Positions 38,101 to 50,047 of a DNA stretch of 64,000 nucleotides are shown piece by piece. The position numbers and the translations under genes were made by a program. A model generated the notes under the pieces. The model searched no databases. It saw nothing but the letters and a program-made list of their open reading frames with translations, and was not told where the DNA came from. This DNA is from Botryllus schlosseri. Taxonomy: Eukaryota. The DNA lies in NCBI GenBank assembly GCA_051294905.1, contig CM119381.1, forward strand, positions 16,740,001-16,804,000, given 5' to 3'. Every line of letters begins with the position of its first letter. Within the stretch, counting starts at the first letter, position 1.

Positions 38101-40848
38101 GTTATTCAACTATGTACCGAAAGGAAATGAGTACATACGTTTGCAAACACTCTTGTGTTTCTGTGTCCCAAATGCAAATAAAACCGTCAACAGTGGCGCC
38201 GGCAAGGAAGCGACCACAAGGAGAGTAATTGCAACAGTTGAATGGCTAAAAAGAATATATATATTTATTACAATAATCCAAACGTACAAAATACACCAAC
38301 AATCGTGATCCACTCGAGGTATTACCTTGCTGGGAGTTTGAAAGGAGTGTGTCAGAATCCATGTATCTCTCGAATAAACATTTATGCAATTGCCGCTTGG
38401 AACTGCAATATCCTCGCCAGTCGCTGGCCGCCATGACATCCTGAATATATTGAGCCATTTTAAAATTATGGAAACACACCCTGAAATGTACATCGTTGAC
38501 AAGGAAGAAAAATAATAACACAAATTCTGTAATTATTTTCCTGTCAGATGCGAGCATGCATAAGATGCAGGTAAACTTTCTGGTGACATTCTCCGATGCA
38601 CAGATATAAATTTTGCTGCTCAAGTGGACGGACTGAAATCAAAAGTCGAAAAACATTTGATTTGAACCCTTTTGAGATAACCAAATTCTGTTTCATATGC
38701 GACTGTGAATGTGGTATACAAAGGCATGACATAGCATTCTCAAATCATATATCGTGGTTAGGTCACTAAAGGTAAACAGTTCAATAGCAAGGAAATGCCA
38801 CCGGTGAGCAAGCAGGATATATCATACTAGTCACTTCACTTCAAGGTAGAAATAAAAATGTAATATAATAGTAAGCACACATTCAATGACTAGAAACTGC
38901 AAGTAATACATGTTTTCGATGATTATGGTAGCTTGTTTTTATGTTGTATAACAAATCTTCTCAGTTATCGTGATAACAGATTCTAGTGATCTGCCAAAGC
39001 AACAGGCGACATCGATGCCAAGAAATTCTAAAGAAAAATGTGCATAATATCTCACCTACATAGAGATTCGGAATTGCCAATATCATTAGACGGTTTCACA
39101 ATGCCAATGGTTTCAACCACAGACTGAAAGGAAACATATCAAATTTCACACCAAACCAACGTCACAACATAATTATAGATACTAACGGAGTCCATTAGAT
39201 TCCATAAGCGAAAATTTCCGTCACAGCTGGTCGTAGCCTGAGAAAGAGAACAATTAATTTAGGAATAACACAACGTTTAAAACATACAGCACATACCAGG
39301 TACTCATTAACAGGATCAATGGCCACAGATAGGATAGGGGCTTTGTGACCGACAAAATCTTTCTGTTCATTTGTATCCAAATCGACAAGTTTCGCTGTGA
39401 AATCGCTGGAAAGTAATTCAAGCGTATAAACCAAACACAACACCTCCAGAAGGAAATTCTCCCAAATGCATTATGTGTATCTAATCACCATAACGAAAGA
39501 CAGGTATTGTTTTGACAGTAAGGAAGATCAGAAAGTCTATAATATATTCCAAAATCGGAGGAACAGCATGCAATAACCTATCAACCATTATAATACTAAG
39601 CCTGTTATAATGCAGACCTAAAGTTTATTGAAAGCGAGTATCTGTATCTGTAGTAACAAAATATACATGAACATACCACCTTCTTCACCTTCATGAAGAC
39701 ATAGATTTGGAATTATATGATTTTGCCACCAGGGAAAATAGCTACCGGTATCTATCAATTGCATCGTCTGATCACAGCAAATACAACCATGACAAAAGCT
39801 CAAAAACCATGATAGGATCAATACCTTGAACCAGCAGCTATCAAGTTTTGAGATTCAGACAGTGCTACATGGGTAGGGTTTGCAGTGAATCTGAATAATA
39901 CGCCACTGTGAGAACTGTCCGATAACGAGTATTCGTCAACGGCATTATTGTCCGATGCCACATAGACAGATTCATCCTGTAACACCCAGAAAATATCATT
40001 AGAAATTTAGGCACAGGAATGATAATGTCTACATACTTTCACAACAAGACCATAAATGGTTTCACCGACTTTGATGGTCTTGGGAGTTGAAGTCTCCTTC
40101 AAATTAGACCATGTTTTGATATTACCATCTGCGCCAGCCGTGAAAAAGGTGCTGAAATAGTTAATTTACTAATTCAGCAATAGGAATTTTGTATTACGGC
40201 AAGATGTCTGGTAAATAATATATTGGACCATATATATTTCTCTACAGGCAATGCTTTCTTGGGCAAAAACATAATATTCGAAATATCAATTGCAGTTCGA
40301 TGGACAAAAATAAAATTAGTTCCACACAGAATCCGAATACTATATCCATTTGTCATTGCAAACACGTTCTATCACGACACCCAAGCCTTTAATTGGCTCA
40401 GACACAGCCAGTAGCCACCATCATCCCAGCAAAAAAGATGTGAAGTATCTACGAGTCATGTGAGATTTATCGCCTAATGATCCTATGGAAAATCATCGTT
40501 GCTTAATACTTTCGTATTAGAATAACGTTAAATATCAGCCAATATAACGTACCAACAAGATACAAAATTATCTATTGGAAATAATATGTATCTATATGTG
40601 TGACTAGTCAGGTGGGTTTGGGTTCGTATGACAGAATATACATTGCGATGTTTCTGGTCCGAAGAAATGTCCATGTTCAATTCAACCCTCTCTAATCTCC
40701 GAGATGAAGACGCTCAACATCCACACACAAACATCGATATTAATACAATAGCTAATAATGTGAAATCTTACTCTCCAGGTGCATTAAAACATACATCTGC
40801 TATTCCATCTCCGTTTGCATCCCAGATGGATAAATTCTCCAATGCCAT
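14197..40848 (-). CDS. WDHD1: WD repeat and HMG-box DNA-binding protein 1 (AND-1/Ctf4), 26 coding exons, ~1121 aa
   Basis: Exons (minus, 5'->3'): 40848-40772, 40151-40037, 39976-39825, 39405-39297, 39237-39187, 39123-39056, 38440-38326, 38245-38139, 35995-35863, 35779-35672, 35205-35148, 33170-32971, 32601-32402, 32337-32243, 31811-31659, 29274-29033, 28929-28753, 26490-26359, 26297-26163, 24944-24811, 24293-24181, 20550-20489, 20417-20217, 19393-19284, 18885-18744, 14373-14197. All introns GT-AG, phases consistent, total 3366 nt. Recognised motifs: N-terminal WD40 (GIADVCFNAPG, TFFTAGADGNIKTW, GHKAPILSVAIDP, ATTSCDGNFRLW); SepB domain (YEGPAPTPMQPPFQSSATP, VWNSVGVIRSY, IDVEFHD, WLGFSAEGTP, CKGSRYP, LTIKYASRVKKMVLAQKL); HMG box (LYVSETREGLADENPDL); C-terminus RLAAFAYESEG*. 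Confidence 0.95.
16726..17430. mobile_element. Charlie/SPIN-like hAT non-autonomous element, 705 bp, in the last WDHD1 intron
   Basis: TIRs cagggccggccaacc / ggttggccagccctg; perfect 8-bp TSD atttagac (16718-16725 and 17431-17438). Confidence 0.9.
18209..18471. mobile_element. hAT MITE, 263 bp
   Basis: Ends caggggttc / gaatccctg; perfect 8-bp TSD cactagga (18201-18208 and 18472-18479). Confidence 0.85.
21612..22098. mobile_element. hAT MITE (487 bp) carrying 28S rDNA-derived internal sequence
   Basis: TIRs caggggtcaccaac / gttggtgacccctg; diverged TSD ctcttgta / ctccagta. Confidence 0.8.
21655..22018 (+). pseudogene. Degenerate 28S rRNA fragments (two non-contiguous segments fused)
   Basis: 21655-21941 matches recalled 28S gtagcaaatattcaaac...ttccatgtgaacagcagttgaacatgggtc...ttaatattcccga...; 21942-22018 matches the more distal cccagtgctctgaatgtcaaagtgaagaaattcaatgaagcgcgggtaaacggcgggag...taaggtagcc. 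Confidence 0.8.
23305..23568 (-). mobile_element. tRNA-derived SINE with (TC)n tail, probably Meta-SINE-like
   Basis: Minus strand: A box TAGTGTAATGG, B box GGTTCGATCCC, then GGTCATACCAAAGACTCGAAAATTGGT...CCTGCTCGGCGCTCAGCA (resembles the Meta central domain as I recall it); microsatellite tail at 23305-23320. Confidence 0.8.
26823..27483. mobile_element. Foldback hAT-type MITE, ~661 bp, with ~310-bp inverted arms
   Basis: Ends tagggctcttcaaaaatgac / gtcatttttgaagagcccta; the arms stay complementary almost to the centre; TSD atgcacag / atgcacgg. Confidence 0.9.
27568..27689. repeat. Perfect 56-bp inverted repeat (10-nt loop) containing a minimal hammerhead ribozyme-like core; likely Penelope-type pLTR remnant
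   Basis: Arms 27568-27623 and 27634-27689. Minus strand 27627-27596 reads cccCUGACGAgugucagcCGAAAauauUCggg. Flanked by direct repeat cagctaatattt (27558-27569 and 27726-27737). Confidence 0.7.
29325..29835. mobile_element. Degenerate GACTCGA-rich hAT-type MITE
   Basis: Many gactcga/ctcgagtc subterminal motifs; right end gtgacttacaacccta; left end eroded. Confidence 0.55.
30330..30540. repeat. Degenerate ~51-bp minisatellite (3-4 units) inside the pogo-like element
   Basis: Recurring gcgca..aggcct....gatgcgattg....ggcc.gcgac.atatc; reads on minus as 17-aa repeats AQDIVAG(P/L)N.RI. Confidence 0.65.
30971..31230. mobile_element. hAT MITE (ACTTCTACTTGAGTA family), 260 bp, nested in the pogo-like element
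   Basis: TIRs cagaggtggtca / tgaccacctctg; perfect TSD gtttctac. Eroded relatives at ~20741-20945, ~32650-32945, ~51740-52180 and ~54215-54515. Confidence 0.88.
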
Positions 40849-41373
40849 CACATTAACAATCGACTCCCTGTGCTAATAATAATAAATTCTAGCAAACTCG
40901 GCAATATATTACATCTGCAATAAAATCATAATAACGTCAAAGCGAAAATTTCAAATTATAGGACCACGCGTTTCTACAGATCTACACCAATGCGGTCGGA
41001 CAGAAATGATTCTAAAAGGAAGAAGAAATAGTATAACGCTATAATTCTAAAAGACCGCAACACTAACATGTCTGGACTTGATTGAAAGCATAACATACAC
41101 GATGTCAATCAAATTTAACTGGACTAAATAATATGGAATGCAAATACGGCTGAGGGCTGACACCGATTTATGTCATTGGAAAAGGGGAGATCATAGTAAA
41201 TTGCTAATTATGTCATTGGTGGAGTAGAATTAGCTTACTGTAACCTAAATTTAGTTACATGGACTGTACCAATTCCCACCAGAAAACAACTGAAACAAGA
41301 CGAACTACAATATTTTAAAATGATATTGGAGGATTTGTTATCGCATACTTATCACAATATCAGCAATTTATTT

Positions 41374-41421
41374 CCGCGAAATGTTTTCACGTTCAGTAAG
41401 GAAAATCCAGTTATTTCGCGG
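41374..41421. promoter_or_regulatory. Pair of E2F consensus sites (TTTCGCGG) ~530-570 nt upstream of the WDHD1 ATG
   Basis: CCGCGAAA at 41374-41381 (minus-strand TTTCGCGG) and TTTCGCGG at 41414-41421, in opposite orientations, within otherwise CpG-poor DNA. Confidence 0.45.
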
Positions 41422-42257
41422 GTTAGTGCTTGTGGTAAGTAATGAATGTCACTAAATCGAATCAGTTGCCAATAAGTTGCGATGCACTAGTACAGCATAG
41501 TTAGCGGATCTTAGAGTGGATGATATATAACCTGAATATACAAAATATTTGCCCCCACACCATGCATAATCTTGTTCAAAGATTCGATTGAATGTTGGGA
41601 GAGACATTTGGGTTACTGATTGCACAGTATTTCAGTTGGCAGTGCAGCACAATATTCTGCAGGAGGGCCTTCAAACTGGGAGAAAGTAAAATCTTATCAA
41701 GTTGACATACATGACATTGTAACAAAGACCTGGGTAGAATCCCTCCTTTGGGTTGTGGAATCGTAAAGTTTTAAAGACAAGATTAGTGAAAACGTACATT
41801 TTACATCCATGTACAGATTTTAAATGATGACATAGCCTATGCCCTATATACCAGTGTCAGTGTAACTTTGAATCACAGGGAGCTACCGCTGGATTGCCAA
41901 CAGGATGAAGTTATGCGTCTTCAACCAGATCTAGGTACTAGGAATAAGTAAGAAAAAATTCACGACGTAGAGAATAGCATCTTTGCTAGTAGGAATCACA
42001 CTAGTCAACTGACTGTAACTCAACATCATATCAGGCAACAGAATCTATCAGAACAGATCTCATTCCATACCGTCTAACTGAGGCATCTGAAAACGTAAGG
42101 CGTAACGCACTCACTTGCAATGAAGGATAGAATTTGTCTTGAATAATAAAATGAAATTCACTGTGGAATTATCAAGAATTAAACAAATCACAAAATTCCA
42201 TTTTACGAAAAGGCACTAAACAGAATACAGTCAAAAAATGTCCAGCAAGAGGCAGCC

Positions 42258-43310
<1,053 letters not shown>

Positions 43311-43820
43311 TCAAGGATAATTCACCGAAGTAAATGTACCTAAGGATGCTTATGGCAACCCGGACACGCTGTCACTATCGACAATCAGTTGATTTTACTC
43401 GTGCTGAAAATATACAGGTCTCAGTTTTAACGTTGGTAGAAAGAGTAATAAAAGTCTGATGCATGCTCAAGATGTCCGGGACTGAATAGAAACAGGACTT
43501 AGTCTGATTGTATAACATGATAATGTGAATAAAATATTAATGTTTATATAATATCAATAAAATATGAAAGATAAATCTATCAACATTGCAATCCCGCCAT
43601 TGGTTACGAGAAAGTTAAGATGATTTCATAAATTTTCCAGATGAACACTGGTCAATGTTTCCGTTAAGATCAGATTCCTTAAAAGATAGACCAACAATCC
43701 ACAGATGGTTCATTAATAACTTATATATATTTGATATGATGGATAATAGCAACCAAATATTTTTATTCACACTTTCAAAGCCATTCATACACAAATTTGA
43801 TACTCATAGCATACCGTAAC

Positions 43821-44060
43821 CAATGGTGTATCCAACCGAGATCAAAGGGGGGGGTTCAACTAGGGTAACAAATTTTGTCCTGATGACGTCGAAATATTGA
43901 CTTTGAGGTGCGCGTCACTACTTTCACTCAAGGATTGTTTTTTCACTATACATTGCCACATCGGCGATATAATTCACCATCGCACAGAAGATTGCGTAAT
44001 TTCACCATTTTTCAAGGAGTTTTCGACCCGACCCCCCCCCCCCCCTAAATAACATTAACG
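43821..44060. mobile_element. Degenerate hAT-type MITE in the putative MAPKAPK2 5' UTR intron
   Basis: Left end caatggtgtatcc...ggggggggttcaac and right end with a poly-C run, typical of CAGTGGCGTA-type MITEs; TSD not resolved. Confidence 0.4.
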
Positions 44061-44808
44061 CAATATATTTGCCGATTATACAAAAAAACTACTATATAAA
44101 AAACTGATAAACACTAGGACTAGTGCCCCTAGCTATATCAATGATTACATCGCCTAGGAAATACTCGGAACATCAATAACAAACATTGTGTGGTGTGGTA
44201 ATGGTAAGAAACGCAATCCTTAAAATCTTCCCTGGCAGAGTTCTGGCCTCTGGGTGCAACTGCGACTATTTTCTATTCCACTAGTCGGTACATATATAAA
44301 TTAAGAGCCTAAACTTTAAACCAATGTCCGATTATGTTGACAATCAGCTGTACACAGAACAAAATCAAGCACTCTGCGTGGTAAGCTTATCGCCTGCCCT
44401 AACTGGAATCGCTGGCCGTTTTGCCTGATATATCAGGTGAGCAGCGATGATTTCCAAGTTAAAGTAATTAAATAAAAATTAATAAAAAATAAAACACAGT
44501 GTGAACATGAAAAAAGTTCAAGTTTCACAACGATACCGTACAATACTTCCTACAACAATAGTACGAAATAAGTAGTCAAGTATGTACTGTAGGCTACAAT
44601 TTAGCAACTGGCGTACGTCGGTACGTAAAATACAAATACCCACAAGTTAATATGCACGTTACCGTACGGTACGTTTTCACTCTAATATATTAATTAATCA
44701 AGATAAAATTCCTACATTCTGCCTTGTCAGTCCTTACTTCATTAGAGACATTTTCATATCACTACAGTAAGATTTCGTCATGCGACCCTTGATATGTACC
44801 AAGCTCAC

Positions 44809-44893
44809 CAAGAGCAACGGCGCGAATAGGGGAAAAGGAACACAAATAAACCAGCTACAACCGCGCTAGGCGTTCTTTCGTCCAATGACGTCA
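44809..44893 (-). promoter_or_regulatory. Candidate MAPKAPK2 promoter and non-coding first exon: CRE (TGACGTCA 44886-44893) abutting CCAAT (44882-44886), GTGAGC donor at 44808
   Basis: Perfect palindromic CRE plus CCAAT in a locally CpG-rich patch, followed on the minus strand by a consensus 5' splice site that could join the acceptor at 43304. Confidence 0.5.
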
Positions 44894-45237
44894 CACATTT
44901 CCAGAAGCAGAGAAGCGTGGAGCTGGTGATTAATATCAGATTGTCATCGATTGAAAGAATGCACGCTTGCGATACGATACGAATCTGAAGTGTATCAATC
45001 CAACAACCACTCATCTTGTCTATAGAGAGAAATAAAATCCGAAAAAGATATTGAAAGACGGCCGTTCAGTTCAGCTCACTTTAGCAACTTTATCATTCCA
45101 AAACACCACAAGATTGCGGCACAATGAAAATATAAGAAGGAGTCGAAATGACTCTCAATCAACACGTACCCTGACCTATCGATCTCGCCTTCCATGACAT
45201 GCCACCCCATTTCTTGTTGCTTTCTTTTTCCCTATAC

Positions 45238-45678
45238 TAGGCTCACCATATTTTGGAAATCTAAAAAGAGGACACTTTTTCAGAAATTTCAGACTTGCAA
45301 AACCGGACAAGAATTCTCAAAAACTGGTAAATTTTTCCCACTTTGTGATCGCTGACTAAAAAAAAAAGGTCATCTTTCCGCTCAGAGCTCAAAATACCGT
45401 TTTTCTCCCCGCTATGCCAGGTAGATGACTAAAAAAAAAAGGTAATCTTTCCGCTCAGAGCTAAAATCACCCTTTTTCACTCCTAAATACCCGCCGGAGC
45501 TTCACTTCTGTGCTAATTTGTGGCATATCACTCGCAATTTGCTCTAAATCTGACCTAAATTTTCAAAAAAGAAGACAAAATCTCAAAAAAGAGGACAAAA
45601 GGGCGTCCTCCGAGGACACTTTCAAAAAAGTCAAAAAAGAGGACAAATCCTCTTAAAAGAGGACGTATGGTAAGCCTA
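45238..45678. mobile_element. hAT MITE (AAAGAGGAC family), 441 bp
   Basis: TIRs taggctcaccata / tatggtaagccta; perfect TSD ccctatac (45230-45237 and 45679-45686). Confidence 0.9.
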
Positions 45679-45718
45679 CCCTATACTATCTTCCTTACTT
45701 TTCATTCTGTGTGCATGC

Positions 45719-45748
45719 GGGGCCTACGATAAGTTATCGTAGGCCCCG
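45719..45748. repeat. 30-bp palindromic insert flanked by an 8-bp direct repeat
   Basis: ggggcctacgataa-g-ttatcgtaggcccc(g) between gtgcatgc (45711-45718) and gtgcatgc (45749-45756). Confidence 0.75.
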
Positions 45749-46849
45749 GTGCATGCCTCCTCTTTACATCGCCTGGGCCAAGGTGGGTGTCTGATTTCAT
45801 AGACTACTCCAAGTCGCTTCTATACACCTTCCTATCTTTTCATTGTATCACATTTTGTGGTATATTGAACTGATAAAATTGCTAATAAACCAATGATGAT
45901 GATGATCTGTCGATATATTTGGGTTGCTGGTTGCGTGGTTCCTCATACGGTATTGCCGCTCCATATGACATATGTTTATCACAGCCAATATGACTCAGAA
46001 TGTTCGGAACTATCGTATCGCAATCTTGCCTTTAACTATCGCTCATCGTAATCTAGCATTCTTGCCGCACAGGGTGTATTCAAATATGGAGAAAGTGATA
46101 TAGCCTGCTTGACTTTTAAGCCTTAGACCGTTGAGCGTCAACCACCGCTGAAACTCATGTATGGACAAAATACATGAAACATATGCCCTACTTTAAAAAA
46201 TTATAGTTGTATATCTCTTCATGCACGGTATCGTTACAGATAGATCTTCTGTAATTAGTCTGAGGTCTTTTGTCGGGAAGTTTAAAACTAATGGCACCAT
46301 TGCCTCCTCCCGAAGTTATACTAACTACAAATGGATAAAATATATACTATTTTTCCGTTTCTTGTGAGTGCATTCTTTCATCGGCCCTTTTCTGGGCTTT
46401 TTGTCGCCACAAGAACGGCGAGGCGGGGGAACGGCGAGGGGGAACGGCGAGCGCGGCCCAGATAAACTTCCGCCGTGCAATCAAACCCGGGCCGCCCGGG
46501 TGCTTGTCGTCGCCAGTACGCTAACTCCCCCGGGTCGTGCGACTTTTAGATTTAGGTCGCGTCATCGCGAGCTTGTGATGCTTTGAAATGATGCAATGGT
46601 GAATAAAGTGAACTGAACGGAACTCTAAAATGTTTTCGAACTAGTGGCTAATGATATTTAGATTTACGCATATATGTTTCATCTGTGATTGTTTGTGAAT
46701 ACTGATGAGCCGAAGTAGTGAAGTGTGAATGCAGTCATCACTAGCTGTCGTACGAGCGTTACGATGCTCTTGTTGTTCATTTCCCGTCATTGACTCAGTT
46801 GTCTCTGAAAGTCTGCCCTTCTTTATACGTGTGGAAGAAAGTGAGCAAT

Positions 46850-47956
46850 ATGGCATCCCGTTGTGTTGCAATGAGCAGAACTAGGTTTGCAAAACTGCTT
46901 GTCGGTAGCAGAGGAAATATGGTGAAATTATCACAAAGGTCGGCCAGCGAAATGTACGTGCGTGATGCCCTAAATTCAGCGATGAACGAAGAAATGAAAC
47001 GGGATGATAAAGTCTTTTTGATGGGGGAAGAAGTTGCACAGTACGATGGCGCCTACAAAGTGAGTCGAGGCCTTTGGAGGGAACACGGGGACAAACGAGT
47101 CATTGATACGCCTATCACGGAATCAGGATTTGCCGGTATAGCTGTGGGGGCGGCCATGGCTGGACTAAAACCGATTTGTGAGTTCATGACCTTCAATTTC
47201 TCGATGCAAGCTATAGATCACGTGATAAATTCAGCAGCCAAGACGTTGTACATGTCTGGAGGCGCTGTTCCGGTGTCCATGGTTTTCCGTGGCCCAAATG
47301 GGTCTGCAGCAGGTGTGGCAGCCCAGCATTCACAATGTTTTGCCGCCTGGTACGGTCACTGTCCTGGATTGAAAGTGGTTTCGCCATTCAGCTCTGAAGA
47401 TTGCCGTGGTCTATTGAAAGCAGCTATCCGTGATCCAAATCCTGTTGTTTTTCTTGAAAATGAGTTGATGTACGGTGTATCATTTCCTGTATCTGATGAA
47501 GCGCTTTCGGAAGACTTCACTATTCCTATTGGCAAAGCGAAAGTGGAACGCGAAGGCAAACACATCACACTAGTCGCTCACTCAAAACCGGTCGGACTGT
47601 GTCTCGAGGCAGCAGAGCAGCTTGCATCGCAAGGAATCGAATGTGAAGTGATTAACCTGAGAAGCATACGTCCCTTGGATATTGAAACAGTACAAAACAG
47701 TGTCATGAAAACCAATCATTTGATCACGGTGGAATCTGGATGGCCAATGTTTGGTGTTGGAGCCGAGATATCAGCCCAAGTGATGGAAAGTCCAGCGTTT
47801 GATTATTTGGACGCGCCTGTGATCAGAGTAACTGGTGCCGATATCCCCATGCCGTACGCCAAAGTCCTTGAAGACAATACTTTGCCTAATGTGAATGATG
47901 TTGTTATTTCTGTTAGGAAGTCTTTGCATTTATCCGATAAAGTTGCATCAATGTAA
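46850..47956 (+). CDS. PDHB: Pyruvate dehydrogenase E1 beta subunit, mitochondrial, intronless, 368 aa
   Basis: Basic N-terminal transit-like peptide from ATG 46850 (the track's TTG start at 46790 is probably UTR). Motifs [90 protein letters not shown]. Confidence 0.97.
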   Translation: MASRCVAMSRTRFAKLLVGSRGNMVKLSQRSASEMYVRDALNSAMNEEMKRDDKVFLMGEEVAQYDGAYKVSRGLWREHGDKRVIDTPITESGFAGIAVGAAMAGLKPICEFMTFNFSMQAIDHVINSAAKTLYMSGGAVPVSMVFRGPNGSAAGVAAQHSQCFAAWYGHCPGLKVVSPFSSEDCRGLLKAAIRDPNPVVFLENELMYGVSFPVSDEALSEDFTIPIGKAKVEREGKHITLVAHSKPVGLCLEAAEQLASQGIECEVINLRSIRPLDIETVQNSVMKTNHLITVESGWPMFGVGAEISAQVMESPAFDYLDAPVIRVTGADIPMPYAKVLEDNTLPNVNDVVISVRKSLHLSDKVASM

Positions 47957-48639
47957 GTTTGGCCCGTGTATCTTTGCACCTTCTTTCAATGCTAAATTAT
48001 AACTAGCCTATGAAATAGTTTCGTTTACACTATTCCAATAGCTCGACAATATTTTATTTTTCAAACCATGTTCACTTGGCCGAGTTCCATTTATGGTATG
48101 TATCATTGGGATGCTTTGCGCACGTTGTCAACAGGGTGATTTTGACAGTTCTAATTCTCTTGAATATTAAGTAGCAATTGGTGACTGTGTGCTTTTACAT
48201 GGTGAATTGGTGAACACTATACACTAATATTATTGACTTTTCTTGATCTCCTGTTCTTATAGTAGACTTACTTGGTTGCATTTCATTTACAAGTGACCCG
48301 TCGACTTTTCATCTCATCTGCTCAGTATAGCAGGTCCACACACCAAATGACCTATAGTTGAGTTTTGAAATGATTGCACGTCTTTACAGAAGTCTTGAGG
48401 CATTGCTAAAATACTACTCCTTCCGTAATGACTATTATTCATTTTCATTGACTGCCCGGAGTTGCCTAACGATCAATATTTTTGAAGTGAAGGTGATTTT
48501 GTTTATGGTACCATTTACATATATGCTAACATCTAGCATGGTCTTTTGAGGCGTCTTAAAATGTATTGCATATTGTTTAATGTTCTACCTTAGATTTATT
48601 CAGGTTTTAACGTAATTAGTTGCTTGATATAATTTCATC

Positions 48640-49755
48640 ATGCTGGCGCGGAGCTTGTCCGCTCGGAGAATACTCTATCTGCCTTGTACTGCTCCAGGTA
48701 GCGGTCGGAAATATTCAAAGTATGGTGGTCGACACACTGTCGCTATGATTCCAGGGGACGGTATCGGTCCTGATTTGATGAAGTCCGTTGAAAGGGTGTT
48801 CAAAGCGGCTTGTGTCCCGGTCGATTTTGAAAAAGTCTACGTTTCCACCAACGGAACAGAGGAAGAAACAAACGAAGCGATAACGGCTATCAAAAGAAAC
48901 GGGGTGGCTATCAAAGGAAATATCGATACCAAGTTTGAAAAGATGGATATTGATCAGAAATCGGCCAATGTCGTTATCAGAACCAGCCTCGATTTATTCG
49001 CCAACGTTCTCAAAGTCAAGTCTGTTCCGACTATATCTCCGCGGGATCACAAAGTGGACATTCGCATCATACGAGAGAATACAGAAGGAGAGTACACTAA
49101 TTTAGAGCACGAAGGTGTGCCGGGGGTGGTCGAAAGCTTGAAAGTGATCACGGCCGAGAAGTCCCTTCGAATCGCTAAATTCGCTTTCGAATACGCGAGA
49201 AGGAATAAGCGCAAGAGAGTCACTGCCATTCACAAGGCGAATATCATGAAATTGGCGGACGGGCTTTTTCTCGAGTGTTGCCGTGAGACCGCCAAAGAAT
49301 TTCCTGACATTGAATTCAACGACATGATCATCGACAATACGACGATGCAGTTGGTATCTCGTCCGGAACAGTTTGATGTGATGGTGCTGCCGAATTTGTA
49401 CGGCAATATCGTCGGTAACATATGCTGTGGACTGGTAGGCGGACCTGGTATGGTCGCGGGATCTAACATAGGGCACGAATATCGTGTTTTTGAGACTGCC
49501 ACGAGAAACACCGGCAGTCAAATCGCCGGGCTTGGTGTGGCCAACCCAACTGCGATGCTGTTCGCGAGCACTTTGATGTTGAAATACATCGGTCTGAAAT
49601 CTTTTTCTAGTGATATTAATCATGCAATTATCGATACGATCCTTACGGATAGAATTCGAACTCCGGACATTGGTGGTAGCTCTACCACAGAACAGGTTAC
49701 GGATTCGATTTGTGAAAAATTAGTGAGTAGGTCTAGAGTCGCATGCTCTTCATAA
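48640..49755 (+). CDS. IDH3G: NAD-dependent isocitrate dehydrogenase subunit gamma, mitochondrial, intronless, 371 aa
   Basis: KYGGRHTVAMIPGDGIG, ACVPVDFE, RTSLDLFANV, RENTEGEY, HKANIMKLADGLFLECC, DNTTMQLVSRPEQFDVMV, FETATRNTG and TPDIGG match the gamma subunit (RHTV, DNTTMQLV and FETATRN fit gamma rather than alpha). Confidence 0.93.
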   Translation: MLARSLSARRILYLPCTAPGSGRKYSKYGGRHTVAMIPGDGIGPDLMKSVERVFKAACVPVDFEKVYVSTNGTEEETNEAITAIKRNGVAIKGNIDTKFEKMDIDQKSANVVIRTSLDLFANVLKVKSVPTISPRDHKVDIRIIRENTEGEYTNLEHEGVPGVVESLKVITAEKSLRIAKFAFEYARRNKRKRVTAIHKANIMKLADGLFLECCRETAKEFPDIEFNDMIIDNTTMQLVSRPEQFDVMVLPNLYGNIVGNICCGLVGGPGMVAGSNIGHEYRVFETATRNTGSQIAGLGVANPTAMLFASTLMLKYIGLKSFSSDINHAIIDTILTDRIRTPDIGGSSTTEQVTDSICEKLVSRSRVACSS

Positions 49756-50047
49756 TACCATTGCGTAAGGTGTTCCGATGTATGACGCGATCGAACTCGT
49801 TGATGATAATTACTAATATAACTGATCGTCGTACACCCGCTGCTTAATATTTAGGCCTCTGTGGTAGCCTAAATTCATATACATACTAAAGGATGCAGTA
49901 TATATTCATTCTGACTGTCGCATGTTACACATCATAATCCAATTTTATTTTTCTTTCACTGTGCATAGTTTGATAATATTCCGCGCATCCATAAATGGCT
50001 TGAGTCTGGGAATTCCGTCCGCCCCGTATAGACGAAGCCTCATCATT

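Noticed and set aside
44805-45014. 69-aa minus ORF as a coding first exon of WDHD1 or MAPKAPK2
   Set aside because: No homology; it overlaps the CRE/CCAAT promoter-like patch. Both genes already have complete N-termini.
46430-46530. HDV-like ribozyme in this repeat and its relative at ~54135-54216
   Set aside because: A 7-bp P1-like pairing exists in one copy, but P1.1 GG, P4 and the closing P2 could not be found. The pairing is better explained as short TIRs.
47953-48640. PDHB-IDH3G fusion protein via the perfect GTAAGT donor overlapping the PDHB stop (47953-47958)
   Set aside because: The donor is phase 2. Joining it to either acceptor (48593 or 48603) hits a stop within 2-7 codons and is out of frame with the IDH3G ATG.
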